From the human T2T-CHM13v2.0 reference genome, Homo sapiens: a stretch of DNA of 64,000 nt. The position numbers and the translations under genes were made by a program. Below the pieces are notes generated by a model. The model was not told the origin of the DNA, did no database searches, and saw nothing but the letters and a program-made list of their open reading frames with translations. Shown piece by piece: positions 13,871 through 27,814 of this stretch. Where the stretch lies: assembly GCF_009914755.1 (NCBI RefSeq), contig NC_060932.1. One strand, written 5' to 3'. The first letter of the stretch is position 1, and each line of letters begins with the position of its first letter.

Positions 13871-14461
13871 AATTGTCTAGTTAATAGATTCTCAGCTTCA
13901 ATGCTGCATTTGGAGGTGATTATAGCAAAGATCCAGGGAAGAAGAGATGGTTTGATTGAGACCATGGGAGGGGGAATGGAAAGGAAAGAAGCCTTCCCTA
14001 AAAAAATCATTATTGGTAATATGCAAAACCTAGTGCCCCTCCTCCTGATGGTAGGACAATTTCAGGGAATGGTCTAAGAGAATAGATGGCCCTGGATCTC
14101 ATCAGGATGAGACAGATGTAACAACAGGGTAAAGCTCACCTATAATTCAAAGAGCAGCTGGCAGTAAGCTCTTCAGTGAAAATAAAAGCAATAGCGTTTT
14201 AAAGTCCCAGACAACTGTTAGACCTCACTTCTCTCATCCATTTCTCCTCAACAAGCAGAAAGATTTCTCTAAAGCATAACAATGATCGTGCCACTCCTCT
14301 GTTTAGAACTTTTCAGTGTCACCCCCCAGGACCTTAGGACCAGCTGCAAACTTACGGGTGTGGCCTAGACTCAGATTCTCAAACTTAAATGTGCATAGAA
14401 ATCGCTGTAGAACTTCGTTGTGATGCAGAGTCTGATTTAAGGGGTCTAAGGTGGAATCTGA

Positions 14462-14813
<352 letters not shown>

Positions 14814-14828
14814 CTTAGACCACACTTT

Positions 14829-15432
14829 TGAAGCAGCTACATTGTCTGGGGTATAAACCCGGGGTTTGTCGTCATCCACTAGGGAAATTTAGACAGGAAC
14901 ACAGACAAGGAGTTTAGGAGTGGAGGTTTAAAAAGCAGAAGAGAAGAGACAGAGAAATGGCTTCCTCTGTAGAGAAAGGGGTCTCCAAGCAGAAAGGACT
15001 GGCTTGCAGCAAATGTGCTGAATTTTATAGTCCAGTTTGAGCGGGCGGTGTCTGATTTACATAGGGCTTATAGATTGTTTCGATCAGGTATGATGTTCAC
15101 CTAGCACATGGAGAAGGCTGGTCATCCCACCCTAATCTTATTATGCAAGTGGGCTTTCCAGTTGATCTCTGCCGTCTTATCTGCTCCTTACAATACACGT
15201 GGCTGGCAGAGAAAGGAAGATGAAGCTGCCATCTTGAAAATATCTAGTCCTTAGTTCCTGCCGGCATTCACCCATGCAAACTCCCAGTTTGCTTGTCTAT
15301 GTCTGCAGCTCAAATTTACAGACTGCTCTTTGTTAGAAAATTGGGCTGCTTTTCATTAAAAATAAAAGCTTTACTGAAGACTCCCATACCCTTGCTATCT
15401 GCCTGAGTGATTTCTTCTTAACTCCTATATCA
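14829..15432 (-). mobile_element. ERV1 solo LTR (LTR9/HUERS-P3-like)
   Basis: Reverse complement begins tgatataggagttaagaagaaatcac and ends ccccagacaatgtagctgcttca; 4-bp TSD cttt at 14825-14828 and 15433-15436. Confidence 0.8.
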
Positions 15433-16249
15433 CTTTGACTATCAGGGGTCAATAGTGCTTCAAACCTAATTCCAGCCCACCTCTGTAGCTTTATCTATGG
15501 ACACTGTCCCTTGCAGTCCACCCACACTGAGCATCTTGTTTTCCCATGGATGCACCCACCTCTTTCCTGTCTTCATGGCTTTCTTACTCCCTCTACCAGT
15601 ACTTTCTTCATCTAACTCCTTCACCTTCATCTTCACCTAGCGTCATCTCACACACCTTCAGGCTTCAGTTTAAATGTTACTATTCCCAGGAAGCCTTCTC
15701 ATTTATCTAAAGCTAAATTGAGACCCATTCTTTAGCTCCAAAGTACCCTGTACTTACCACTTTGTGAGCTGAATTAGAATTACCTGTTTACTGATATATC
15801 TCCATTCTCTGTGTTATCTGTGATTTGTCATCTCCGTGTAATTTGTCTCTCATCCTCAATTCCTAGAAGAGTACCTGATACTTGATTGGTACACAATAAG
15901 TATCTGTTGAATGAATAAAATGGAAGGATAAATGTGTGTTTTTAATTGAGTTTTCCTTCACCTAAGGGCCTGTTCTTGGGTGGTGAAACCCAGTTACTGG
16001 TCGCTATTCAGGACGAGGCTCCCCGGGATAGAAAAAATGACACCACTCTGGATAGGGGTATAGTCCTAATGGTAAAAGTTTATCTTCAGAGCCACTCTTA
16101 GAAACCTAGTAGTATGAGCTGGATGGAGTCCAGTTCTTATCCTAGGCCATCTTGAAGTAGAGGAGAGGCTTGAAGAAAAGCATGGATAGGGATCACAATG
16201 GTGAATGATCCTCATGGGGAATCAAGACACTGTTTGGTTTGAAGGATAA

Positions 16250-16560
16250 TGCCTTAGTAATACCCACAGATCAGGAACCTTAAAGGGTTGGGATGTGTCC
16301 CACCTCTATCTGGATTGATACTGGATATTTTAGGTTCCATTTCTATAGGAAAGGGCATCAGAGGACCTGTTAGTATAAAAGGGCTTGGGCAGAGGAAATA
16401 AGTTTGGGTAGGAGAAATAATTAATATTAATTTCTAATTCTTAAACGATCTCCTGGAAGGATTTTCTAACTAATAAAAATGCCCACAAAAGGAATGGGTT
16501 GCAGAGTGAGAAAAGCCACTTGCTTAAAAGTATAAATAAATTTTACTGTGGGTGGGAAAT
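16250..16560 (+). mobile_element. L3/CR1 3' fragment
   Basis: CR1/MIR3-type 'ggaaggattttctaactaataaaaatgcccacaaaaggaatgggttgc'. Confidence 0.45.
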
Positions 16561-16911
16561 GTTTAATTAGAGAGTTTCAACCTTCAAAATGTAAATGAAG
16601 ACAAAGAAAGAGAAAGGGGGAGTTTATACCATATAAGTAGTTACCTGTGACTAGCAAATATCTGGCACAAGAGAAGTGCTCATTAAATAATTCTTGAATT
16701 AAATATAAGTGACAGAAATCTTGGCAATATTAGACTTTTCTTTATTTCTATTTTAAAAAATCATTTAAGTTAAATAAAATACTAGAATTCTCTCAGGAAA
16801 TAAAGAAAATTAATTTGACCTATTCAGAATTAAGTAATTCTTATTTTTACAGTATTAGCATCTATAACTATTATCTCATTTAGATTTTCATAAATAATCT
16901 AGAAAGTAGAT

Positions 16912-17395
16912 TGTATTAGTCACGGTTCTCTAGAGGGACAGAACTAATAGGATATATATATCATATATACATATATATATTTTATATATATAAAGGGGAG
17001 TTATATATATGTAAATGGGAGTTTATTAAATATTAACCCACATGATCACACGGTCGCACAATAGGCTGTCTGCAAGCTGAGGAGAAAGGAGAGCTAGCAC
17101 AGGTCCCAAAACTGAAGAACGTGGAGTCTGATATTTGAGGGCAGGAAGCATCCAGCACCGGAGAAAGATGTAGGCTAGGGGGCTAGGCCAGTCTAACCTT
17201 TTCACGTTTTTTCTGCCTGCTTTATATTCTGGCCTTGTTGGGAGCTGATCAGATGGGATTAAGGGTGGGTGTGCCTTTCCCAGCCCACTGACTCAAATGT
17301 TAACCTCCTTTGGTAGCACCCTCACAGACACACCCAGAATCACTACTTTGTATCTTTCAATACACTCAAGTTAACACTCAGTATGAACCATCACA
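16912..17395 (-). mobile_element. MLT2A (HERV-L) solo LTR
   Basis: tgtattagtc.ggttctctagagggacagaac ... aaccatcaca with internal (TA)n; perfect TSD tagat at 16907-16911 and 17396-17400. Confidence 0.92.
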
Positions 17396-18142
17396 TAGAT
17401 TGACCTGGCATAGGCCCAGTTTTAGGTTTTAACGTATTTATTTTCTAAAGTTACACAGCTAATTAAAGACACAAATACAATTGAAACACAGGTATTTCCG
17501 GTCCAAGACTGTCCTGCTCCCACTGTATCATGCCACTCCTTATTTCCTTGATCTAGAAACAGTTTATGGCTAGAGTATGCTAGTTCAGTATGCTGGACTA
17601 AATGCTATGGCCTGTATTGAAAGATGGTCTATGATACAGCTTTATGAAATTCATTATTGAATCTACTATAGAGATGCGGTTGAAGATATTGTTCATTAGT
17701 TTTCACTGCACATTTCTGTCTGAGTCACTTACACTTTTCTGAGCATTTTAGTCATTTTTACTGCAAGGATTTATCAAAATTATTTTCTTGTAATCCTGTT
17801 GGAGCTCTCAGAGCCTTGTATACGAATCTTCTCTACTCTTGCAGTAAGAAATATTGGACGTTTATGGAGACTAACTTTCCATTAAACTTATTCCTGCTTT
17901 ATGTCATATTTGTACTCAGGTTTACTGTCCTTTCTCACCCATATTTTATTTAATCTTACCTATTTTTATTTTCTGGTATTTTATGTAATCTTATAACCTA
18001 CTCAGATTTTTTCAGTAACAAGACAAATTATAGATAAATACATCATTTTATAAATATTTATTATGAATCTCTAAATGTTCATCAAGTATTTGATTATCAG
18101 ATAAAGTCATTTTTAAAATTATTTTATGAAGTGTGTTAAAAA

Positions 18143-18255
18143 TTTATTTATTTATTGATACACATTGAATATACATATTGGGGGTACATGTGATCATTTG
18201 ATACATTTGTACAATCAATTTAGGTTAATTGGGATATTCATCACGTGAAGTGTTT
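18143..18255 (-). mobile_element. L1MA-type 3' terminal fragment
   Basis: 'tttattgatacac...tacatattggggg tacatgtgat...gggatattcatcac'. Confidence 0.6.
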
Positions 18256-18964
18256 TATCAAAAACAAACAAACAAAAAACATGTCAATCCCTGGGATTGA
18301 AGGATTCTGTTTTTTATGTGTTTTTGCAGACGTAAAACAATTTTCTGTGCTTTTGCATACACAAAAATTATATGGAATATTTCAATGAATTCATTGAGAT
18401 ATGTGGCCTCATTTAGGATGTTAATTTCCAGAAGACTTATGAATAATTACACACAAAAAGAAATTGCTACTATTAAAGGAATAATTCTAAGGTCTAATAT
18501 TTTGGCAAAGGTTAATCACTTTCTTTATATTGGATTAAACATCTGACTAATGTTAATTCTTGAGAGCCAATAATGGGAATGTTTCATTAACTGAGTAATC
18601 ACCCACACACTTCAATTGCTAGAATCAAATGGTATCAATTTAGTGGTGGCTTACAAATCTGTGCTTGTCCTTAGTAAGATTTAACCCGAGTCATATATCC
18701 GTCTATATATTCATATTGACTAATTCAAGTCATCATTTGGGAGATCATTAGATTTTTGTCATGATCTACATATTTGGATGAATATGTAACATTACTTAGC
18801 AGAGTCTATCTGTATTACGGAGTCCTGCTGTATGTTGAAATATCTTACATGACACCTTAGAAATCTCACTATTGAAAATGTTTTTTATTCTGTAATTTAA
18901 CCCTCACTGAATTTAGTTTACATTTGTTTATTCATAATTCAGCAAACTTTACTGCATATGATAG

Positions 18965-19344
18965 TGATATAGTTGAGCTCTCATGTTGAATTGTAACCCC
19001 CAGTGCTGGAAGTGGAGCCTGGTGGAGGTGTTTGGGGGTGTATTCCTCATGGCTTGGTGTTGTTTTCATGGTAGTGAGTTCTACCAAGATATGGCTATTT
19101 AAAAGTATGAGCCACCCACCCCGACCCCTTGCTCCTGCTTTTGCCATAGATGTGCCTGTTCCACCTGTCATGATTGAAAACTCCCTGAGCCTTCACCAGA
19201 AGGTGAGCAGATACCAGCACCATGCTTCCTAGATAGCTATATAGCCTGCAGAACCATCAGCCAATTAAACCTTTTTTTAAAAAAATAAATTACCCAGTCT
19301 CAGGGTTTTTTTTTTTAATAGCAGTGCAAGAATGGGCTAATACA
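18965..19344 (+). mobile_element. MST (MSTA/B-like) solo LTR
   Basis: tgatatagtt...cagcaccatgcttcct...gcctgcagaacc..agccaattaaacc...ggctaataca; TSD gatag/gatgg. Confidence 0.85.
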
Positions 19345-21729
19345 GATGGGCAAGATACTAAGCTAAGCACTTTTTTAATTCAGAAAAGTTAGTAGACAGA
19401 ACCTTCGTTTGCAACATAAAGGGAGAGCTAGCTCAATGAACAGATTATTTTCATATATTTATAAATTGATAACTCTAAGAGAAGTATGGTTAAATTGTTG
19501 TGGGAGAAAGATGAGATATTTTTGATTCCAAACTATATAAGCAAGGAAGGATTCCCTGAAGTGGTGGCATGTATAGTAAATACTGAAAAGATATCCAGAA
19601 CTTCAATAGCTTAAGAAGAAAGAATAGGTGAGGGAACATCATGAGTAAAGACAATGTTTTTGGAATGGCAAGGGGACAATGACAATTGTTACTATCATTC
19701 TACTACTATTACTACTAACGTTACTATCAATACTACTAGACTACTATTACTACTAGATACCAGTTATGGAGAGCCAGGAACTGTCCCCTTTACAATATGG
19801 AGCTATACAGGACTTTCTGCTGCTGAAGTAAGCACACTGCCTTGGAATCTCATGGGTAAGTCTGTCAAACTCTGTCTATCCAGAGGCCCTTTCATATCTT
19901 GTGTGGATCATGTGCATGCAAGTAAATTTGCAGCCCTCAGCTAGTATCAATTTTTCTGACCTCTTCTTCATAAGAATATTCAGCATCTTATATTTTGGCT
20001 TAGTGAATTCATTTAATCTTAGTTCAAATAGGGATGCTATTAAGTGCTAGCATCAAATAATGGATAAGCTATTGAGGATAGACATGAACAAACAAAAAAC
20101 GAAGAAAGAAACAACAAGCATTCTCTGCTCATAGCTTCTTAATCAAGAGTGAAGTGGAGGTAGTGGAAGCGGTACATTTTCATCTACAGCAGAAAAGGCC
20201 AAACCACAGCATTTAAGCCCCACTGGCTTTCCTTGCTTTCTTCCCATAAAACTACAGTTCTTCTCAATGATAGTTTTAGACTTACATGAACAAAACTAAC
20301 TCAGTTATAGAGGGAGGGAGAAGACAGAAAATGGAATCTTAGTATGCCAAACATAGGATTCATCAACCTGGCATTCTTTACTGAAGTCTACTTCTACAAA
20401 AGAAAAGGAGGATAGGAGTTAAATAAAGCTTGGCATTTTCTGGTTTGAGAATGTGGTGGTATCTAGTGAGAGCCCAAGACTCTTTTCCCTCCTCAACCCC
20501 TACTCCACCAATAAGGAGTGGATGAACGGGTCAAATGCAAGGAAATTGCAGTATCTCAGTAATAAAAGAGTGGCGATATTATCTGGAAATGTTCTTACCT
20601 CTATGAAGCAGATGAGGTAAGTTGAGTGTAGGGCTGCTCTTACCAGAATCTGCTTCTTTTGGAGAAGGCTCAAGATAAACAGAATATTCCAAATCTAGAA
20701 CTCCCAGTGAAAATCTTGTTTTCTTTGATTCACCTTGACATCATTGAAGAGAGCATTATATGTGAACCTCTGAATAACAGGGGCCCTCTTGGGTTCTGGT
20801 CGAGCTCACTAGGTGAGATAAGGCTTTTATTTTTTTGGAGATGAGGAGGATGTGGGGCAAGAGTCTTATGATAAAAAAATTTTTTTCTTGCTTCATCTTC
20901 AAAACACCATGTCCTCTTCAAAGCTTCATGGGATATTTAGGATTTAAAGAGTTTAGAGATCCAAGTTTCCAGCCAAATTCCAATTCATTGTCAAGTGATT
21001 CTCCAAAGTGGCTGAGAAAGATATAACACGTGCACCATTGGATGCAGTACAAAGGAAAAAAGAAACACAGGTTTCTGGTGCAGGTCATAGTCCCTCTCTG
21101 GGGGGAAAATAAGGTAGTCTTATAGTGTAATCTTCCCATCATAAAAATGCAATGATGATTTATAATAAAGCAATAATAATCGGTATAAATATTATTATGA
21201 ATAATATTTTTATAAATTTATTATGAATTATAATACATCAAGCACATATACGTCATTACACAACTCTATCAACAGCCACTTTGGACTAAATTATTTTTTC
21301 ATTAGCTGAGATTACTCTAGTTGCACCATCAAAATGGACATTGAAAATGGTGGAATAAAGGCAAATCGACTCATCAGAAACGTGTCCAATCTCTAGGGCC
21401 TCCTGCACGTTTTCAGCAGCAATTCTGAAAACTTTCATCTGGAATCAATTGCTTGACAGTTAATAAAGAGCCTTGATGACTAACCCATTTGAGAAGATTA
21501 GTGACAAACCCAGATGCTCAAGAGGGGGAGTCAATAGCTCCCTGGGCAGTTCTGACTTAAAGGTTAATGTATTCAGCATCCAACTTTGAAGTCACAGACA
21601 TGTAACCAGAATATTCTCACTTTTAAGTTGTGGAGAATCACCAGACCCAGAAAACCTTAAAGATTCACTTGGGAAAGATTACTAGAGCTAAAATAAATGC
21701 ACCCAAAAGAAATCACTAACACATAGACA

Positions 21730-21891
21730 CAGCGTGATAGAAGAGATAGAATGTGAGCTCTGGGGAAGACATACCTATTTGGGAATCCCAACCCTGTTAT
21801 ATATTAGTTCTGTGGCCTTGGGCAAATCATGTAATCTCTCTTGAGCCCTGATTGCATCATTGTAAAAGTAGATATAATAATCATTGCCTTG
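21730..21891 (+). mobile_element. MIR SINE (interrupted by MLT1)
   Basis: 'ctgtggccttgggcaaatcatgtaatctctcttgagcc...tgtaaaag'; MIR-like sequence resumes at ~23125-23225. Confidence 0.65.
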
Positions 21892-22248
21892 TGTGGTAGA
21901 CTGCAAAAATGATTGCGGTTTTCCATCCCTCTCTGTATTCATGGTATTTTTGCAATGCTATTTTGCAGCACCTTCTATTAAGAGGTGGAGTCTATCTCTG
22001 CCTTGGGATTCTGGTTGGCCTTTGACTTGTTAGACAATAGAATTCAGGAAAAGACACTTTGTGCCCGTTCTGAGCCCAAATCTTAAAAGGACCTGCATCC
22101 TTCTGCTTACCCTCTTGGATCTCTGCTTCAACTATGGGAACAAATCTGGACTACCTTGGTGGAGGATGAGAGACATGTGTCCCAGTCATTTCTGTTGCAC
22201 CACTGTTTTGACAGCTAGCTATGTGTTAGACACATGAAAGAGGCCATC

Positions 22249-22940
22249 TGTTTTGGGTATATGTTGCTGCGACCAACCCCAAAACACAGTGACATTGACA
22301 AAAAAATTTCTTATAATTATGTGTGTTGATTGAGTTTTTCTGGGTTCTTCTTCTGTTCTATATTATGTTGGCTGGGATGGCAGTCATTTGAGAGCTCTTC
22401 TGGACTGGAACACCCTAGATGGCTCATTCACATGTCTGGATGTCAGGTGCCTCAGTAGAGAAGGTTGAGATGCTGAAATAGCCAGGTATCTATCATGTCC
22501 TCTCTTCTCTTCTGTCATCTTCTCTCCCCTCCTCTTCTCCTTTCTCCTGTTCTTTCCTCTCTTCTCTTTTCCTCTCCTCTCTTCTCCTCTCTGCTTCCTC
22601 TCCTTCTTCCTCTCCCCTCTCTTCTTCCTCCCTGTCTCTTCTCTCCTTCCTTTCTCGCAACTCTCAAGGCCTCTCCTTTTGAATATTCTGTTGTATCTCC
22701 ACAAGATCTTTCCAGTATGATAGCTAAACTTCTTATCAGCTCAGGATTCTCAAAAAAGCAAACGTCAAAGTGCTCAGGCTTTCTTAAGCTTACTTCAAAT
22801 TTGCAGTCACTTCTTCTGCACTTTATTGGTAAAGTAAGCCACATGGCCAGCCCAGATTGGGTGTGAGAGGGAACTGTAGAAGGGCATGGATACCAGGAGG
22901 CATAGTTCATTAAGTCCATCTTTGAAGTCTAGCTGCCATG
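22249..22940 (-). mobile_element. MLT1 (F-like) LTR nested in opposite orientation
   Basis: Antisense MLT1 motifs 'ccccaaaacacagtgac', 'gtcacttcttctgcactttattggtaaagtaagccacatggccagcccagatt'. Confidence 0.7.
22495..22660. repeat. Polypyrimidine (CTT/CTCTT)-like low-complexity tract
   Basis: ~165 bp almost entirely C/T on the + strand. Confidence 0.9.
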
Positions 22941-23340
22941 CCACTTTAGACTAGCCAGCTCTAGCCTACTTGTCAGCTAACTGAAACACGAGTAAATCCA
23001 ACCAAGATCAGCCAAGACTAACGCAGACTACAACAGTTCAGTTGAGCTCAACAAAATGTACTAACTCACAGAATTGTGAGCTCAATATGGTGGTTGTTAT
23101 GCAGCAACTTCTAACTTATACATTTTGTGTGGTGTGTCAAAATATAAGGAATATAAATATAAGAAAATATAGGGAATAGAAAGCACTTACAGCCTGTCTT
23201 ACATATACTGGGCACTTTAAAATATTAATTATAATATCAAATATTTATATGAGCAGTCATGAAGACAATAATTATTTGGCACAACAATATTTAATTTAGA
23301 GAAAAATGTATCCCTAAGACAATGTGGAAAGACTTCATTT

Positions 23341-23610
23341 TTGTTACTGTTTGTTTTTGGAGCCTGGGTCTCATTCTATTGCCCAGGCTGGAGTGCAATG
23401 GTGTGATCATGGCTCACTGCAGCCTTGAACTCCTGGGGTCAAGTGATCCTCCTGTCTCAGTCTCTTGAGTATCTGGGCCCACAGGGGCTCGCCACCATGC
23501 CTAGTTACTTTAAAAAAAATTTTTTGTAGTGACAGGATCTCACAATGTTGCCCATGTTGGTCCCAAACTCCTGGGCTCAAGCAATTCTCTCACCTAGGCC
23601 TCCAAAAGTG
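23341..23610 (-). mobile_element. 5'-truncated AluJ with TSD
   Basis: Alu stops at 'ctccaaaagtg' (first ~35 nt missing); 17-bp TSD gtggaaag(a/g)cttcattt at 23324-23340 and 23608-23624. Confidence 0.9.
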
Positions 23611-24059
23611 GAAAGGCTTCATTTAGAATCAGGTCACTATTTCAATGACCATAAAATCCCCTTATGGAGTGCAATTCAGCACTGGAATTCCTAATCACCT
23701 ATGTGGTCAAGAAATTATTGATCAGTTATTATGTACTAGGAGCTATGAAGAAATCATTGTTAATCCTAATTATGGCTTTATTATGAATATATTGTACTAT
23801 TTTTTTTAATAGATGAAGACACTGAGGGTTTCTGAGATTTACTGACTTACTCAAGGCTACAGAGAGGAAAAAAAAGTAGAACCAGGATTTGAACCTGATG
23901 CATTAAAGTTCCCAAAGCACACTCTTTGCATCATTCTATGACATTATGCTGGCTTCAATTACCTCTCCTAACCCTGAGATGAAATGATGTGACTAAGAAA
24001 GAGTAGAGGGAGAAGGAAGAAAAGACAGCCAAGACAAACCCATAGAGAACAGGCCATAC

Positions 24060-24965
24060 ATGAGCTCATTCTCTTACCCTCAAAACTGTTTCATGTTTCT
24101 GTTAATGACCTTACCATCCTTCTCAACATCGTGTTTGAAAATCAGAAATTTTCTCTGACAACATGTTCTTTCCTGCTCCAGCATGTCTGTTTTTGTCCTT
24201 TTCTATTATGTTCCTGAAATAGTTCCCATCATATTCCCTTCCCTCCTTTTTCTGTTGTGTCATACTTCAGATCTGATTACCTCCAACTGCAATAGTTGCA
24301 ACAGCCACCTAATGTATCTCTCCATCTCAGTTACTCCTATTGTGAATCAACATGCATGGAGCTTCCAGAAGATCACTAAGAAGAAGAGAGAGAATGAAGC
24401 CACTCCCCTGCTCTAAATCATCAGTGCCTCCCAATGTCTACGGAACAAAGTTCAAATGCCATAGTTGGTATTTTCTATTTTACACCTGGTAACATTTTAA
24501 CTTTCCAGCTGTTTGTTTTAGCTCCCTTTGTATTCTCTGTGGCTATACAAAATTCTACTTTCTGGTGTTCCCTACACCTCAGTCATCAGGCATTCCATCA
24601 ACAAATTGTATTGAGGGCTTACTATAAACCCAGCACAGTTGCATAGACTAAGAATACAAAGGTGAACAAAGAAGTTGTCACTCTTGCCCTAAGAGGCTTT
24701 CAATTTAGTAGAGAAAACAAAGATTAATAAAATTGAAAACATCAAGAGTAAAGTTTATGACTATTATACAAAGTAAAAAAAAAAAAAAAAAAAAGAATCC
24801 CATAAGCATATAAGAGAATGTTGATCCAGGCTTGATGGGTCAGAGAAACCTCTAAGCTGAAGTTAATAGGATGAGGAGGAGTTAGCCAGGTGCCAATGGT
24901 GGGCAGAAATATTTCAGCAAGAAATAATAAAATATATGAAGGCCCAAAATCATAAAAGAGCAAGG
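24060..24965. mobile_element. Two L2 fragments (+ at ~24060-24590, - at ~24590-24965)
   Basis: 'ccactcccctgctctaaatcatcagtgcctccca' (sense) and 'catcaacaaattgtattgagggcttactataaacccagcac' (antisense L2 tail). Confidence 0.6.
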
Positions 24966-25695
24966 ATATCTGGGAAACTGTTTGACCTTGGAAACATTTT
25001 TGAGTTGTAGTTTCCTTGTCTATAAAGTGAGTATATTGATCTCTATCTTCAATTATTGTGGAGAGAAGTGAGGGAATAAGAATTCCACATGTTATGTGAA
25101 GTATCTAGCAGGAGTAATGTATAGTATAGTTGATGAATAAACAATACTTTCCCCTAAAATTATGTGCATATTACCTCTTTCTAATTCCACTCTAAATCTC
25201 CTGAGGGCATGTCTATGCCTTCGCTTGTGAAATCCAAACATCCCAGTTTCCAGGAGACTTTGATCTTAAATACCATCATTTTATCAGCCCTGTTCAAAAT
25301 GCAATGGTTTTCAGGGCCTTAGGCTGACCACCTCTTCTCAAGATGGTCTTTGTTTACCTCCAAAATCCCTTAAGTGCCTCTGGAGCTGTCAAGCAGAGCC
25401 CTTCGAATCTCTGCTTCAGCCCCTGCTGAGGGTTTCACCACTGCCAGAGTCAGATGTTTCTAGGACTCTGCTGCTATGAGCTTGTAAATCTTCCTGGAGA
25501 CCATGTTGAGCTCTTATGGTGGCCAGGCTAGAAGGTGCTCTGGGGCAGGATATGGAGGAAGAGGCTCCCTCCTCTTGCCTACTCAGGGCTATACTTGAGC
25601 TCTTAGGCTGCAAAATAAAACTGCTTGTGGCCTGAATTTCACCAGACTTTGTAGGTACTCAGTCCTTCCTGCTGTGCCGGAAGAAGTTAACATGT

Positions 25696-26060
25696 TGATA
25701 TGGTTTGGCTCTGCCCCCATCCAAATCTTAAATGGGTAGCTCCCATAATTACCACATGTCATGGGAGGGACCCAGTGCGAGGTAACTGAATTATGGTGGT
25801 GGGTCTTTCTCATGCTGTTCTCATGATAGTGAATAAGTCTCACAAAATCTGATGGTTTTATAAAGAGGAGTTCCCCTGCACATGCTCTCTCTCTCTCTTG
25901 TTTGCCACCATGTGGGATGTGGCTTTGCTCCTCCTTTGCCTTCTGCCATGATTGTGAGGCCTCCTCAGCCATGTGGAACTGTGAGTCCATTAAACCTCCT
26001 TTTCTTTATAAATTACCCAGTCTTTGGTATGTATTAGCAGCATGAGAACAGACTAATACA
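25696..26060 (+). mobile_element. THE1B solo LTR
   Basis: tgatatggtttggct...gactaataca; perfect TSD catgt at 25691-25695 and 26061-26065. Confidence 0.93.
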
Positions 26061-26458
26061 CATGTCATTTCATTTTTCTCTGTGTTATCTTTCTTGTCTC
26101 TCTTTGAAGCTCCTGAAAGTTAAAAAAAAGTACTCTTACAACAACAAAAGCATTTCTATTGAATTATGCTAACAACCATATGATTTAACTTGTCCACTTG
26201 CTCTGCAGTCTCAGAAACCCCTTTTGCACATATTAGAACTCTCAGTATATGAGTGTGTGATTAGAAACTGTGCTTCCAATAAATCCTGGATTATCAAATA
26301 AATGAAAAAATACCTAAAGCAAAACCCTGCATATACATAACAGAAATTCAATGTTTATTAAAATGCTGGCTGTAAGACTTAACGACTTTACAAACATATC
26401 TGGTACTAAAAATGTGTAAAATATAACACTTATTCTTAGAAAACTTTCTGGTATACTG

Positions 26459-26630
26459 CAGAGTTTCTGAACCTCAACACTACTGATATTTTTAGTGTGG
26501 GGACTGCCTGAACACTGTAGGATTTTAACAGCATCTCCTGCCTACACCCACTAGATGCCAATTCCCTTAAATTGTGACAATTAAAAAATTCTCCCAGACA
26601 TTGACAAATGTCCACTAAAATTAAGAGCTG
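26459..26630. mobile_element. MER20 hAT DNA element
   Basis: 'cagcatctcctgcctacacccactagatgcca...gtgacaattaaaaaattctcccagacattgacaaatgtcc'. Confidence 0.75.
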
Positions 26631-27814
26631 GAAAGCTCTAGAATCAAACTGTGACTGTGGCACCAATCTTGATGATTTGGGAGAAGTCACTTCATCTTTA
26701 TGAAGTGGGTATGGCAGAATTGTTGTAAGGATTAAATAAAATCATATGTAAAATTTTCTGGAACATGGTAAGTTGTAAATACATTTAAAGTCCTTAAGTT
26801 ATCATTAATATAAATGAAACACTTACAAAAGAAATCAAGACTACATAAAAGTTAAGCTACTGCATGAACAGGATGTTTTCTAACATCACTTTTCAATGCC
26901 CCAAAACCCAATATTGTATTTTTATATGTAGCAGAAAGTTGATAAATACTTATTGAATTGAATATAACTGTTAAGTTTCATAACACAGTAGGATTTCAAA
27001 GATACAGAAATAGGTTAGTGACCTGTTAGAGATAGTAGAGATAGTGAAATAAACTAAGCATTAATATAGAAAATATATGTTTATGAAAAATTACAGAATT
27101 CACTTATTTCAGCCTGGTTTGAACTTCAACTATGCTCTCTGTGGCCTTAGAAGGTAACAACTTCTGTGAGTCTCAGTTTCATCCTCTGTAAAGAGAGGAT
27201 AATAATATTTATAACCCTTAATAACACTTTATAAAGTGTTACTAAGAACAATATATATAGGTTAAAAATTGATAGTATAAAATCAACTGACTGTAAATGT
27301 GTGTTATTTCAAAGCTCTCTATTCTGTCACATTGGTCCATGAGTCTGTTAGTCTGTCAGTATCATGCTATTTTGATTACTATAGATTTGTGGTATATTGT
27401 GAAATAGGTAGTGTAATGCCTCCAACTTTTCTTTTTTCTTTTTTTCTTTTTTTGCCCAATATTGCTTCGGCTATCTAGTTTTCTGGGATTGAATATAAAT
27501 TTGAGGTTTGTTTGTTCCATATGTGTGGAAAAAGTCATTGGAATTTTGATAGGGATTGAATTGAATCTGTAGATCACTTTGGGTAGTATGAGTATTTTTA
27601 AAATATTAATTCTTTCAAACCATAAACATGGGATATCCACACATTTACAGTCAATTGTTTTTAGACAAAGGTATTAAAAACAACATTGGGGAAAGGATAA
27701 TCTCTTCAATAAATTGCTTTGGAAAAACAATATCCATATGCAGAAGAATGTAATTCAACCCTCTTCTCACACCATATACAAAAATCAATTCAAAATGAAT
27801 TAAATACTTAAATG

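Larger units (their letters stand above)
21892..23122 (+). mobile_element. MLT1 (G/H-like) LTR, interrupted by an antisense MLT1
   Basis: tgtggtagactgc...'taagaggtggagtctat'... ending 'ggtggttgttatgcagcaacttctaacttataca'. Confidence 0.7.

Noticed and set aside
20611-20622. Consensus splice donor GAG|GTAAGT
   Set aside because: No convincing upstream acceptor; an isolated match is expected by chance
21518-21532. CTCF-like motif tcaagagggggagt
   Set aside because: Several mismatches at informative positions; not supportable without ChIP data
22384-22919. R/E/K-rich and S/L/P-rich ORFs
   Set aside because: Artefacts of the polypyrimidine tract inside an MLT1 LTR
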